From assembly GCA_945862545.1 (NCBI GenBank), contig CAMAYS010000001.1:34394-98393 (forward strand): a stretch of 64,000 nt of DNA, given 5' to 3'. This document shows positions 53,096 to 61,452 of the stretch, one piece after another (the first letter of the stretch is position 1; each line of letters starts with the position of its first letter). The notes under the pieces are model-generated. The model was not told the origin of the DNA. It saw nothing but the letters and a program-made list of their open reading frames with translations, and made no database searches. Both the position numbers and the translations under genes were made by a program. This stretch comes from Bifidobacterium breve (GTDB lineage Bacteria > Actinomycetota > Acidimicrobiia > Acidimicrobiales > Ilumatobacteraceae).

Positions 53096-53868
53096 CAGTG
53101 GCCGATGACATCGGTCGCCACGACGCCGACGGCATTATCACCTTGACTTTCACAAGAGATCAAAAGTTGAATGCGGTAACTGACGAGATGCTCGATGTCA
53201 TTCGCCAAGCAGTTCGGGACCTTGGAGATTGGGAATCGAATCGGGCCCTCATTATTACTGCTCAGGGTCGTTACTTCACTGCCGGTAAGGACATTGGTGA
53301 AATGGGAGCACAACCCGAATCTGGGGTCGCACTGCGACACAACTATCGTCGCCTGCACGAACTCTTTGACGAAATGGAACGACTTGAAAAGCCTGTCATT
53401 ATTGCCGCTCAGGGACCATGCCTCGGCATTGGCGTAGAGATGGCCTCATCATGCGATTTCAGATTTGCGAGTGAAAAAGCCATCTTTGGATTGCCCGAGG
53501 TGGCAAATCTTGCAGTATTGCCTGGTTCGGGGGGCATCAGCAGGTTTACGCGTCTCGTGGGACCACATTGGGCTCGTTGGGTTGCTGTGGCCGGAGAAAA
53601 CGTTTCTGCAGAATTGGCGCTGACGATGGGATTTGTTCATCAGGTATTGCCCGAAGAAGGTTTTCACGAAACAGTGCAGGCTTGGACGCGAAAGTTGATT
53701 TCCTTTTCTGCCGAGGCAATTGGCCTCGGCTTTATTGCTATTGATGCTGCTGTTGACAGTGATCGCCGGACTGCGCGACACATTGATCGGATGGCTAACA
53801 CTCATTTGATGCACACCCAAGAACACCTCGATAAAATTGCGAAGTTTCAAAAGCGAGTGGCGCGCTAA
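53092..53868 (+). CDS. enoyl-CoA hydratase/isomerase family protein
   Basis: ORF track 53035..53868. ATG 53092 forms an ATGA overlap with the thiolase stop. YFTAGKDIG and IAAQGPCLGIGVEMASSCDFRFAS. Confidence 0.85.
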   Translation: MTVADDIGRHDADGIITLTFTRDQKLNAVTDEMLDVIRQAVRDLGDWESNRALIITAQGRYFTAGKDIGEMGAQPESGVALRHNYRRLHELFDEMERLEKPVIIAAQGPCLGIGVEMASSCDFRFASEKAIFGLPEVANLAVLPGSGGISRFTRLVGPHWARWVAVAGENVSAELALTMGFVHQVLPEEGFHETVQAWTRKLISFSAEAIGLGFIAIDAAVDSDRRTARHIDRMANTHLMHTQEHLDKIAKFQKRVAR

Positions 53869-54917
53869 CCCCTAAAGGATGCCACAGTGGGCCCCAGTAA
53901 CTCGGGTGCCGAACCGTGAATCACGATCTCATCTGCGCCGTGTGCAAGATAAGTATGGAGTTTTGCTGCGCACGCGCTGGAAGAACCCACTGCGGATGCC
54001 TCATACAACCAGTTTCGAGGGATGCTTCGGCCGACCTCGGCTAGTTGATCTTTAGAGAACAAATTATCAGCGGCACCTTTGAGGTTCGCCAGCATTGGAT
54101 GAGCTCGCAATGTTGCAAGGTCTGCAACATCCCAACCATTAGTTCTCGCCAGCAACTCTCCAAAGTGAGGGATTTGATAGTAGGTGACGGCGCGCCCTCC
54201 GACGATTTTGAGCTCGTCTTCTTCGGGGAGGTCGGGAGCAGTGACAACAGTGGCAAAGATACGTACTGAGCGTGGATCACGCCCTGCCTGACGCGCTGCC
54301 TGGCGAACGATTGCGCTTGATCGTGAGACGGCAGCGGGAGTGAGAAACGGGTGCAAAAGCACGCCATCAAAATGCGCGCCAGCAATTTGCAGAGTTTTAG
54401 GACCAATGGCGGCAAGCACAAGGGGTGGAATTGCGACATCAGGGATATCGGGCAATCTCATTGCTGGAAAACGCCCAGCCGGCCCGTCGTAAGATACTTT
54501 TCGTCCGGCGCAAAGCTCACGATGGATGCGGGCTGAGTCAATCAATGCCTGATTGGTCATATTTGGCAGACCCGCCGATCTCCACGCGTATTCCACGGAT
54601 CGTCCAACTCCTAAGAGAAAACGCCCGTTACTTATTGCCTGAGTGGTCATCGTCATACTTGCAAGAACGAGAGGGTGGCGAAACAGGAAATGGCTAATTC
54701 CAGTGGCAATTTGAATGCGCGAGGTTATTGCGGCGATGGCCCCGCTGAGTACGGCGAGGTCCTTGGTGCCGTAGCGCTCGCTCAACCAAATAGTTTGTAG
54801 GCCCACCCTCTCCGCTGTTCTGGCTTGTTCAAGTGCCGGCATGGGATCGTTGACTCGACCCGGCAGGGCATAAGCGCCGAGTTGATTTGTGTTCACCCTC
54901 TGGCTGGTGTCGGTCAT
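53865..54917 (-). CDS. LLM-class (probably F420-dependent) oxidoreductase
   Basis: ORF track 53865..54956. I prefer ATG 54917 (MTDTSQRVNTNQLGAYALPGRV...). RFLLGVGRSVEYAWRSAGLP. Its stop overlaps the convergent crotonase stop. Confidence 0.8.
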   Translation of the reverse strand: MTDTSQRVNTNQLGAYALPGRVNDPMPALEQARTAERVGLQTIWLSERYGTKDLAVLSGAIAAITSRIQIATGISHFLFRHPLVLASMTMTTQAISNGRFLLGVGRSVEYAWRSAGLPNMTNQALIDSARIHRELCAGRKVSYDGPAGRFPAMRLPDIPDVAIPPLVLAAIGPKTLQIAGAHFDGVLLHPFLTPAAVSRSSAIVRQAARQAGRDPRSVRIFATVVTAPDLPEEDELKIVGGRAVTYYQIPHFGELLARTNGWDVADLATLRAHPMLANLKGAADNLFSKDQLAEVGRSIPRNWLYEASAVGSSSACAAKLHTYLAHGADEIVIHGSAPELLGPTVASFRG

Positions 54918-54927
54918 AGGGCTATTC

Positions 54928-54941
54928 TGACAGATATGTCT
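54928..54941. promoter_or_regulatory. motif 1 dyad, one mismatch (TGACAGATATGTCT)
   Basis: Overlaps ATG 54936 of the kinase-like gene, in the 18-nt divergent gap with the LLM gene. Confidence 0.3.
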
Positions 54942-56036
54942 ACCGCTATTCCCCAACGTGATCCAGAAACGACAGCATTGCTACTTCGAGAATGGCTTTC
55001 TGTGAAGTTGGTTGGGGCTGGAACCGTTATGGCTGAGGATAGTCAAGCGGTCAAGATCATCAACTTGGATGTTCCCAAGGCCGGCTTCTCCAACGAGACG
55101 ATTTTGGCAACTGCGCAGTGGAGGACTCCTTTGGGAGAAATCCACGAAAGAGAAATTGTCTTGCGCATTGAACCAACACGTCACCAATTGTTTCTTGCTC
55201 CCGACGCCTTGCGTCAGGCTGCTGTCATGAATGTTCTACAACCTTATATTCGAGTTCCTGAGGTTTTATTTGCTGAATCCCGAGCAGATATTTTAGGGGC
55301 ACCCTTCTATGTCATGCAGCGAGTGCGCGGCAAGGTCACCTCCGATGTGCCGAGTTGGCATTCGCGAGGTTGGGTTACCGAACTTAGTGAGGTTCAGCGA
55401 TCTGAATTGCATGACAATGCACTGCGTGAATTAGTCAAGCTTCACCGCGTTGATACCTCGGACCATGCCTTTGATTTTCTCCGTACCGAGGGCAATGTCA
55501 ATGACTTACAGCACTATGTCTATTGGTTGGAACAGATGTATCAGTGGTGCGAACCAGTACGTGTTCATAGCACCGATGTGATTGAGATGGCGATGCGTTT
55601 CATCACTGACGAGATACCAGACGACCCTCGGAGCGGATTGGTTTGGGGTGATGCGCGCATGGGAAATATCTTGTTTGACGATTCTCGAAAAGTAGCCTCC
55701 ATGCTGGACTGGGAAGGAGCCACCCTGGGGCCTTGCGACATTGATGTGGCTTGGTGGGCTTTGTTCGATGAGTTCTTGTGTGAGTCTTTAGGGATTACTC
55801 GGCTGAGTGGAATTGTTCCGCGTCGCGAAATGTATCTGCGCTACTGCGACTTAGGTGGAGAGATCTCCCCTGCTATTGGCTATTTTGAAGTCTTAGCGGG
55901 TCTGCTATTTACCCTCATCAATAGCCGTTTAGCGCATCTTTTAGTGGAGTCCGGAGCATCCACTGAGACCTTCGCTGCCAGCATCGTTGACCGTGCCGCC
56001 AAGCTGACGCGGCAAGCAATTGAGCGACTTTCGTGA
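54936..56036 (+). CDS. APH-like phosphotransferase (kinase) family protein
   Basis: ORF track 54825..56036. ATG 54936 gives MSTAIPQRDPETTALLLREWL. LVWGDARMGNILF (D-x4-N) and MLDWEGATLGP (DxE). Confidence 0.75.
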   Translation: MSTAIPQRDPETTALLLREWLSVKLVGAGTVMAEDSQAVKIINLDVPKAGFSNETILATAQWRTPLGEIHEREIVLRIEPTRHQLFLAPDALRQAAVMNVLQPYIRVPEVLFAESRADILGAPFYVMQRVRGKVTSDVPSWHSRGWVTELSEVQRSELHDNALRELVKLHRVDTSDHAFDFLRTEGNVNDLQHYVYWLEQMYQWCEPVRVHSTDVIEMAMRFITDEIPDDPRSGLVWGDARMGNILFDDSRKVASMLDWEGATLGPCDIDVAWWALFDEFLCESLGITRLSGIVPRREMYLRYCDLGGEISPAIGYFEVLAGLLFTLINSRLAHLLVESGASTETFAASIVDRAAKLTRQAIERLS

Positions 56037-56119
56037 TCCGAATGACATTGAAAGAAATATTGACCGATTTTTAGTGACAACCCTGTTCCATGGTGCTACT
56101 GTCGCTCTTAGGCGATTTC

Positions 56120-56133
56120 TGACACTGATGTCG
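56120..56133. promoter_or_regulatory. motif 1 dyad, one mismatch (TGACACTGATGTCG)
   Basis: 104 nt upstream of ATG 56238 (ABC substrate-binding protein). Confidence 0.3.
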
Positions 56134-56237
56134 CCAATAAAAAGGGGGACGGAAGTGGCAACTTTGGGCGTTCTATTGGTCTTGGTACCAGGCGCCTTCT
56201 TGCCATTTTTCCACCATGACTGAAGGGAATGATTTAG

Positions 56238-57602
56238 ATGAAAAGCATTAATTTTCGTAAAGGATTAGCAGCATTAGTGGCTTTTGGCTTTCTGGCGGCG
56301 GCCTGCGGAGGAAGTGATTCGGGTTCAACTACTGAGGCACCTACTACTGAGGCACCTACCACTGAGGCACCAGTCACTGAGCCGCCAGTCACCGTGGACT
56401 ACACCGCAATGGGCTTATGGAACGACGGTCCATGCGATGCAACCAAAGAAGAATTAGTCATTGGTTTGCAGACGGTGTTTGAGTCAGCGGTTTTGACATT
56501 GAAGGACCAAGCACAATCTCTTGAAGCGACTGCCGTGGGATTCAATAGTCGTGGTGGCGCTAACGGTCACTGCATCAAGATCGTTACCTGTGACGACGGA
56601 GCTGACCCAAACAAAGCAGTCGAATGTGTACGCACACTTGACGACGCTGGCGTTTCGGTTACCCTGAACGACACTACGTCAGTAGCTGGGAAAGATGTCT
56701 CAGCAGGTTATGCAGCTGCTGGAATTCCTCGCTTTGCTCTGAGCCCTGGGCAAGACGATTACCCTGACACAAACAGCTATCCATTTGGTGGTGGCGGTAC
56801 CGGAACAACCTTAATGATGCCGAAGGCTCTTATCACCGCTGGTCTCAAGAAGATAGCGATCATCCGCGTTGACATCCCAGCTGGTTCAGCATTACTCGGA
56901 TTGTTCACCACCCTGTACACCAAGGATGGCGTCGAGTTTGTCGCCGACTTACCGGTGCCCGCTGGAACTACCGATTACAGCCAGTTCATCATCGCTGCTC
57001 AAGATGCAGGTGCTGAGGGAATTGTGATGCCGCTCGGTGGCCAGGAGGCAATTCAGGTGGTCAATGCGGCCAAGCAACTTGGTAGCACGATTAAGATTTC
57101 AGGCTCAATGGGAACATTCCCATTGTCTGACATTCGTTCCTTAGGCGATTATGCAGCAAACGTTATTCTTAACTCGGAGAACACTCCGATCTATGAGAAC
57201 GATGATGTTTCAGCTGTTGCTCGCGCTGACCTTGAGTCAACTGGTGTTGCCGAATTAGCGGGAGCAAATATCAAGAACAGTCCATACCGTTCATGGATCG
57301 GTATGTACGCGTTGTTGTACATCTTGCGCCAAGCTCAAACTGAGGATTTCAGTCGTGCGAATATCAAGGCTCTGATTGAGGCGTCGGGAGCCATCCCGAT
57401 GTTAGGTATCACCGCTGACTGGACCCCAGTGACAGATCATCCTGGTGCTTGGCTACGGCTTGGCAACGGTGACTACCGGTTCTACCAATTGGATCCCACA
57501 ATCACGGACACCTTTGATGGTGAGCCGGGTGCGTTTGTGAAAATTGGTGCAGCCGATATGGATGAGTTGCTTTGCGGCACTCTCGGCGGACCTTGCGCCT
57601 GA
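56238..57602 (+). CDS. ABC transporter substrate-binding lipoprotein (LivK / Peripla_BP_6-like, HAAT family)
   Basis: 454-aa ORF. Signal peptide plus lipobox FLAAACGG, then a TTEAP-repeat linker, then a type I periplasmic-binding-fold-like body. Confidence 0.8.
   Translation: MKSINFRKGLAALVAFGFLAAACGGSDSGSTTEAPTTEAPTTEAPVTEPPVTVDYTAMGLWNDGPCDATKEELVIGLQTVFESAVLTLKDQAQSLEATAVGFNSRGGANGHCIKIVTCDDGADPNKAVECVRTLDDAGVSVTLNDTTSVAGKDVSAGYAAAGIPRFALSPGQDDYPDTNSYPFGGGGTGTTLMMPKALITAGLKKIAIIRVDIPAGSALLGLFTTLYTKDGVEFVADLPVPAGTTDYSQFIIAAQDAGAEGIVMPLGGQEAIQVVNAAKQLGSTIKISGSMGTFPLSDIRSLGDYAANVILNSENTPIYENDDVSAVARADLESTGVAELAGANIKNSPYRSWIGMYALLYILRQAQTEDFSRANIKALIEASGAIPMLGITADWTPVTDHPGAWLRLGNGDYRFYQLDPTITDTFDGEPGAFVKIGAADMDELLCGTLGGPCA
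56328..56393 (+). repeat. 15-bp tandem repeat (about 4.4 units) encoding the TTEAP/VTEPP linker of the lipoprotein
   Basis: actactgaggcacct x2 (identical), accactgaggcacca, gtcactgagccgcca, gtcacc. Confidence 0.9.
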
Positions 57603-57620
57603 TAGTTAGTCATTGAAGTT

Positions 57621-57660
57621 GTTTGGGGTCGACTCCTTTGGGGTCGACCCCAAACTTTAA
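57621..57660 (+). terminator. rho-independent terminator-like hairpin after the substrate-binding protein gene
   Basis: GTTTGGGGTCGAC (57621..57633) pairs with GTCGACCCCAAAC (57643..57655). The perfect 18-bp palindrome TTTGGGGTCGACCCCAAA at 57637..57654 offers an alternative fold. Followed by TTTAAA. Confidence 0.55.
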
Positions 57661-57858
57661 ACTGGCGCTGATTTTACGAGTAGTGATGTGATGTGGTGCA
57701 TGTTTGGCAAGGTAGAAATTGTGTGCAGATCAAATCATTTCGCGGGGCTCATTTTTGAATGCTGTAACCTCGCAGAGACCAATAGTGATTGAAGGCTGGG
57801 TCATGGCGATATATGTTGGTCTGCGGCGAATTTCCCGAGAGCTTCAGGGGAGGGAATA

Positions 57859-60591
57859 ATGAGATCTTTGATTCAGTTCATCATTCTTGGGCTTGGTTCT
57901 GGTGCCACCTATGCTTTGTTTGCCCAAGGAGCAGTACTGATTTATCGGGGCTCAGGATTAGTAAATTTTGCCCAAGGCGCTCTTGGGATGTTCGCTGCGT
58001 ATTTCGGCTTTCTTGAACTCAAAGAAAAACACGATTTGCCGACAGTGGTTTCGCTGACATTGGCCGTCTTGGCGGCGGGGCTCGTTAGTTATGTGTTCCA
58101 GATGATCGTTCTTCGCCGACTTCGTCGAGCTGCCGCCATTGTGCGTGTTATCTCAACGATTGGTCTGCTGGCTTTAATTCAGTCGATAGTGGAAAAGCGT
58201 TTTGGGGCAGCGAACCGTCCCATTGAGCAGTATCTCCCGCACCGAGTTTTTGATGTTGGTGGGGTAATTATTCAAGAAGAGCGTATTTATATTGTTGTTA
58301 TCTCGGTCTTAGTCACCACTGCGTTATGGGCTTGGACTCGATTTACTCGAGTTGGTTTAGCGATCAATGCCTCTGCACAGAACGAGCGAGCCGTTCAGAC
58401 GCTCGGTTGGAGTCCCGATCGTTTGGCGGGTTTGACATGGGCGCTGGGGGGTGCATTGGCTGGATTAGCGGCCGTATTAGTGGCGCCGTTGACAGGCTTA
58501 TCACCGAGCACTTTTACACTTGTGGTCACTATTTCTGGTCTGGGAGCCGCACTGCTTGGAGGCTTTCACTCTTTCCCAGTGACTTTCATAGGCGGTCTCA
58601 TTATTGGGCTGACTGAATCATTAGCAACTCGCTACAAAGGTGATGTGCAGAACTGGTTAAACCAGTCGCAGATAACCGGTTTGAACCGCGCTCCAGCCTT
58701 CATTGCGATTTTGTTAGTGCTGGTTGTCAGAGGCAGGGGATTACCTTTACGTTCTCACATTGCCGACCGACTACCTAAGCTTGGCTCAGGAGTTTTAAAT
58801 CTGCGCGGATTGGTGCTTTCCGCACTCATCGTGCTTGCTCTGCTCTTTGGTGTGATGGATGAGAATTGGGCTCGAGCAACCTTCGTCTCATTGTCGGTTG
58901 GTGTGATGATCTTGTCGATCGTCGTTCTGACTGGATTTGCCGGCCAGTTGTCGCTTGGGCAGTACGCCATTGCGGGTGTTGCAGCATTGATTGCTGGCAA
59001 GTTTGTGCACGGAGGGATGACTCCAGAACTAGCAATCTTGTTGAGTGTTGTGATGACTATTCCGATCGGACTTCTGTTCGCCCTGCCCGCTTTACGAACG
59101 CGTGGAGTGAATCTCGCAGTGGTGACTCTCGGGCTTGGATACACGGTTTCTGAGGTGGTGTTCGCCAATGCCAATTATCTAGGACCTCCGATTGATGGTG
59201 GTACGAATATTGGCTTGATCAAACTTTTTGGTATTGAGGTGGATGCCTTTAGCCATCCTCATCGTTGGGCAGTGGTATGTCTCATTGCCTTTGTATTAGT
59301 GAGTTTGGTGGTGGCTAATCTGCGGCGGTCGGATACTGGAAGAAGGTTGATCGCCGTACGTACCAATGAACGAGCTGCCGCTTCTTTGGGCATCAGTGTG
59401 TTTACCGTTAAACTTTTCTCTTTCGCTGTTGCTGCAGGTATCGCGGCTATTGGTGGAATTCTGATTGGCTTTAGGTCGCAGAACATTCAGTACGGAGGCT
59501 TCAATGTCTTCGAATCCATTAGCATCGTGGGTTTTGCCGTTACGGGTGGGATTGGTTTTGTTTTAGCGGGGGTCTTTGCTTCCCCAAACGCTTCTGGTGG
59601 TCTTGGGACGCGCGTCATTGAAGATTGGATCGGTCTCGAAAATCGCTGGGATGTTATTTTCGGTGGGGTATTAGTTCTCGTTATCTTGATTGTGCAGCAA
59701 GACGGTATTGCGGCTGCTGTGACGGATCACGCCAAGCCATTACTTCAAAAGTTGCGACTTGTCGGCAAGAAAACTCCGGTTCTTGCCTTACCGGAGTTGA
59801 ATATTGAGCGAGTACCACCAAGAACCTTGGTGATCGCTGAACTGACAGTTCGCTTCGGTGGAGTGACGGCGGTTGATGCTGCAAGTTTTGAAGTCCGCCC
59901 AGGGGAAGTGGTCGGACTTATTGGTCCAAACGGAGCCGGCAAAACCACGATTATCGATGCGGTCTCAGGTTTCGTTAAGCCCAGTTTTGGGGGTTTGAGT
60001 ATTGATGCGCAAGAAGTCAATACGTGGTCAGCCTCCCGTCGAGCACGGGCTGGCTTACGCCGCTCATTCCAGTCGCTTGAACTTTTTGAGGACCTCACAG
60101 TTGAAGCGAATATTCGTGCTGGAGCCGATGTGAGTCGTCATTCACGCTGGTTAACCGATTTGTTTTGGCCCCATAAGCAAGATTTATCTTCGGCTTCGGT
60201 GGCAGCTATCCGAGAATTTAACCTGGTCGATGAACTTGATAAATTCCCAGGGCAGTTGTCTTACGGGCGCCGGCGTCTCGTTGGCATTGCCCGTTCGGTG
60301 GCGTCGGGACCTTCATTACTCATGCTAGACGAGCCCGCCGCTGGGCTTGATGAAGTTGAGAGTAAAGAATTAGCTCGATTGGTTCGTCGGCTTGCTAGTG
60401 ATTGGGGCATGGGAGTTTTGCTCGTTGAGCATGATGTCGGTCTAGTGATGTCAACGTGTGATCGAATTGTGGTGATTGAATTCGGGCGTGTCATTGCGAC
60501 TGGCACCCCCGCAGAAATCCGAGTTAATGCGCGAGTAAAAGCCGCCTACCTAGGCGACGATAGTGACGAAGAGGCGGGAGTATCGGCGTGA
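57859..60591 (+). CDS. triple-fusion ABC transporter protein: LivH-like permease + LivM-like permease + LivG-like ATPase
   Basis: 910-aa ORF. N-terminal LivH pattern (ILGLGSGATYALFAQGAVLIYRGSGLVNFAQGA). Central LivM pattern (GQLSLGQYAIAGVAALIAGKF). C-terminal Walker A GPNGAGKTT, signature LSYGRRRLVGIARS, Walker B LLMLDEPAAGL. Confidence 0.85.
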   Translation: MRSLIQFIILGLGSGATYALFAQGAVLIYRGSGLVNFAQGALGMFAAYFGFLELKEKHDLPTVVSLTLAVLAAGLVSYVFQMIVLRRLRRAAAIVRVISTIGLLALIQSIVEKRFGAANRPIEQYLPHRVFDVGGVIIQEERIYIVVISVLVTTALWAWTRFTRVGLAINASAQNERAVQTLGWSPDRLAGLTWALGGALAGLAAVLVAPLTGLSPSTFTLVVTISGLGAALLGGFHSFPVTFIGGLIIGLTESLATRYKGDVQNWLNQSQITGLNRAPAFIAILLVLVVRGRGLPLRSHIADRLPKLGSGVLNLRGLVLSALIVLALLFGVMDENWARATFVSLSVGVMILSIVVLTGFAGQLSLGQYAIAGVAALIAGKFVHGGMTPELAILLSVVMTIPIGLLFALPALRTRGVNLAVVTLGLGYTVSEVVFANANYLGPPIDGGTNIGLIKLFGIEVDAFSHPHRWAVVCLIAFVLVSLVVANLRRSDTGRRLIAVRTNERAAASLGISVFTVKLFSFAVAAGIAAIGGILIGFRSQNIQYGGFNVFESISIVGFAVTGGIGFVLAGVFASPNASGGLGTRVIEDWIGLENRWDVIFGGVLVLVILIVQQDGIAAAVTDHAKPLLQKLRLVGKKTPVLALPELNIERVPPRTLVIAELTVRFGGVTAVDAASFEVRPGEVVGLIGPNGAGKTTIIDAVSGFVKPSFGGLSIDAQEVNTWSASRRARAGLRRSFQSLELFEDLTVEANIRAGADVSRHSRWLTDLFWPHKQDLSSASVAAIREFNLVDELDKFPGQLSYGRRRLVGIARSVASGPSLLMLDEPAAGLDEVESKELARLVRRLASDWGMGVLLVEHDVGLVMSTCDRIVVIEFGRVIATGTPAEIRVNARVKAAYLGDDSDEEAGVSA

Positions 60592-61283
60592 GCACACCCT
60601 TGATTGAATGTCGCAACTTGGTGACTGGCTACGGTGATCTTGCTGTTGTTCACGGTCTTGACCTACATGTCAATGCAGGCGAGGTAGTAGCTCTTATTGG
60701 AGCTAATGGTGCGGGCAAGTCCACGACTTTGTTGACGTTGGCTGGGGAGGTTGCTCAGATGAGTGGCGATGTTCTCTGGAAAGGTGAGGCCACCAAGGCG
60801 CCAATGCATGTTCGTTGCAAAAATGGCATGGGTTATGTCACAGAGGAACGTTCGGTTATCATGAACCTCACAACGCAGGAGAATTTGCGCTTGGCAAATG
60901 TGTCGGTCTCCGTAGCAGTCGATCTTTTTCCTGCCCTCTCGGTTTTACTAGATCGCAAGGCTGGACTTTTATCGGGTGGTGAACAGCAGATGTTGTCACT
61001 GGCTCGGGCGTTGGGTCGGCGCCCAGAAGTATTGCTCCTTGACGAACTATCGCTTGGTCTTGCCCCGCTCATCGTGACGCGTCTTCTTGAAACCGTACGT
61101 CGGGCTGCTGATACCGACGGCGTTGGGGTGTTGCTCGTCGAACAACATGTCAGACAAGCGTTGAAGATTGCTGACCGTGTTTATGTTCTTGAACGCGGAA
61201 ATATTGCCCTGACGGGCACGTCCAGCGAGGTTCGGGGTCGACTTGAGGAAATTGAGGTCGCATATTTGTCATCCAATGGCTAG
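60588..61283 (+). CDS. ABC transporter ATP-binding protein (LivF-like)
   Basis: 231-aa ORF. GTGA overlap with the upstream gene. GANGAGKST, LSGGEQQMLSLARAL, LLLDELSLGLAP. Confidence 0.9.
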   Translation: MSTPLIECRNLVTGYGDLAVVHGLDLHVNAGEVVALIGANGAGKSTTLLTLAGEVAQMSGDVLWKGEATKAPMHVRCKNGMGYVTEERSVIMNLTTQENLRLANVSVSVAVDLFPALSVLLDRKAGLLSGGEQQMLSLARALGRRPEVLLLDELSLGLAPLIVTRLLETVRRAADTDGVGVLLVEQHVRQALKIADRVYVLERGNIALTGTSSEVRGRLEEIEVAYLSSNG

Positions 61284-61336
61284 CCCCTTGTTGTTTTGTT
61301 TCTGCAAGATGGGCACTCATTGAGCATAAAATAAAT

Positions 61337-61352
61337 AAATAGGTCAATATTT
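61337..61352. promoter_or_regulatory. operator-like dyad, motif 2 (AAATAGGTCAATATTT)
   Basis: Third copy of AAATAGGTYANTATTT, immediately upstream of the candidate -35 of the SDR/ALDH operon. Confidence 0.4.
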
Positions 61353-61372
61353 CTTGACGGAATATTTCTGAC
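61346..61372 (+). repeat. direct repeat AATATTTCTTGAC / AATATTTC-TGAC in the promoter region
   Basis: Two adjacent copies at 61346..61358 and 61361..61372. The first carries the candidate -35. The second carries the left half of a motif 1 dyad. Confidence 0.6.
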
Positions 61373-61382
61373 AATCTAGTCT
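61354..61382 (+). promoter_or_regulatory. candidate sigma-A-type promoter (TTGACG - 17 nt - TAGTCT)
   Basis: -35 at 61354..61359 and -10 (TANNNT) at 61377..61382, about 70 nt upstream of ATG 61453. Sequence-only prediction. Confidence 0.35.
61369..61382. promoter_or_regulatory. motif 1 dyad, one mismatch (TGACAATCTAGTCT)
   Basis: Overlaps the spacer and -10 of the candidate promoter upstream of the mycofactocin-type SDR. Confidence 0.3.
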
Positions 61383-61452
61383 TATAAATAGTGTCGTGGA
61401 AGTCAGTCAATGGCCTTACACGATGTGAACATCAATAACGAAAGGCGCACTT

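Noticed and set aside
56020-56223. 67-aa ORF upstream of the substrate-binding protein gene, with a hydrophobic C-terminal stretch (VATLGVLLVLVPGAFLPFF)
   Set aside because: It starts inside the end of the kinase gene with a non-ATG codon and has no Shine-Dalgarno sequence. The region also contains a motif 1-like operator, so promoter or leader DNA is more likely. A small membrane peptide is not strictly excluded.
56328-56393. Possible CRISPR-like or non-coding VNTR array
   Set aside because: The 15-bp units have no spacers, lie in-frame inside the lipoprotein CDS and encode a TTEAP linker. This is not a CRISPR array.
57661-57858. Riboswitch or attenuator upstream of the fused permease gene
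   Set aside because: I could not match the sequence to any riboswitch consensus I know, and saw no leader peptide or convincing anti-terminator pairing. Kept only as part of the spacer finding.
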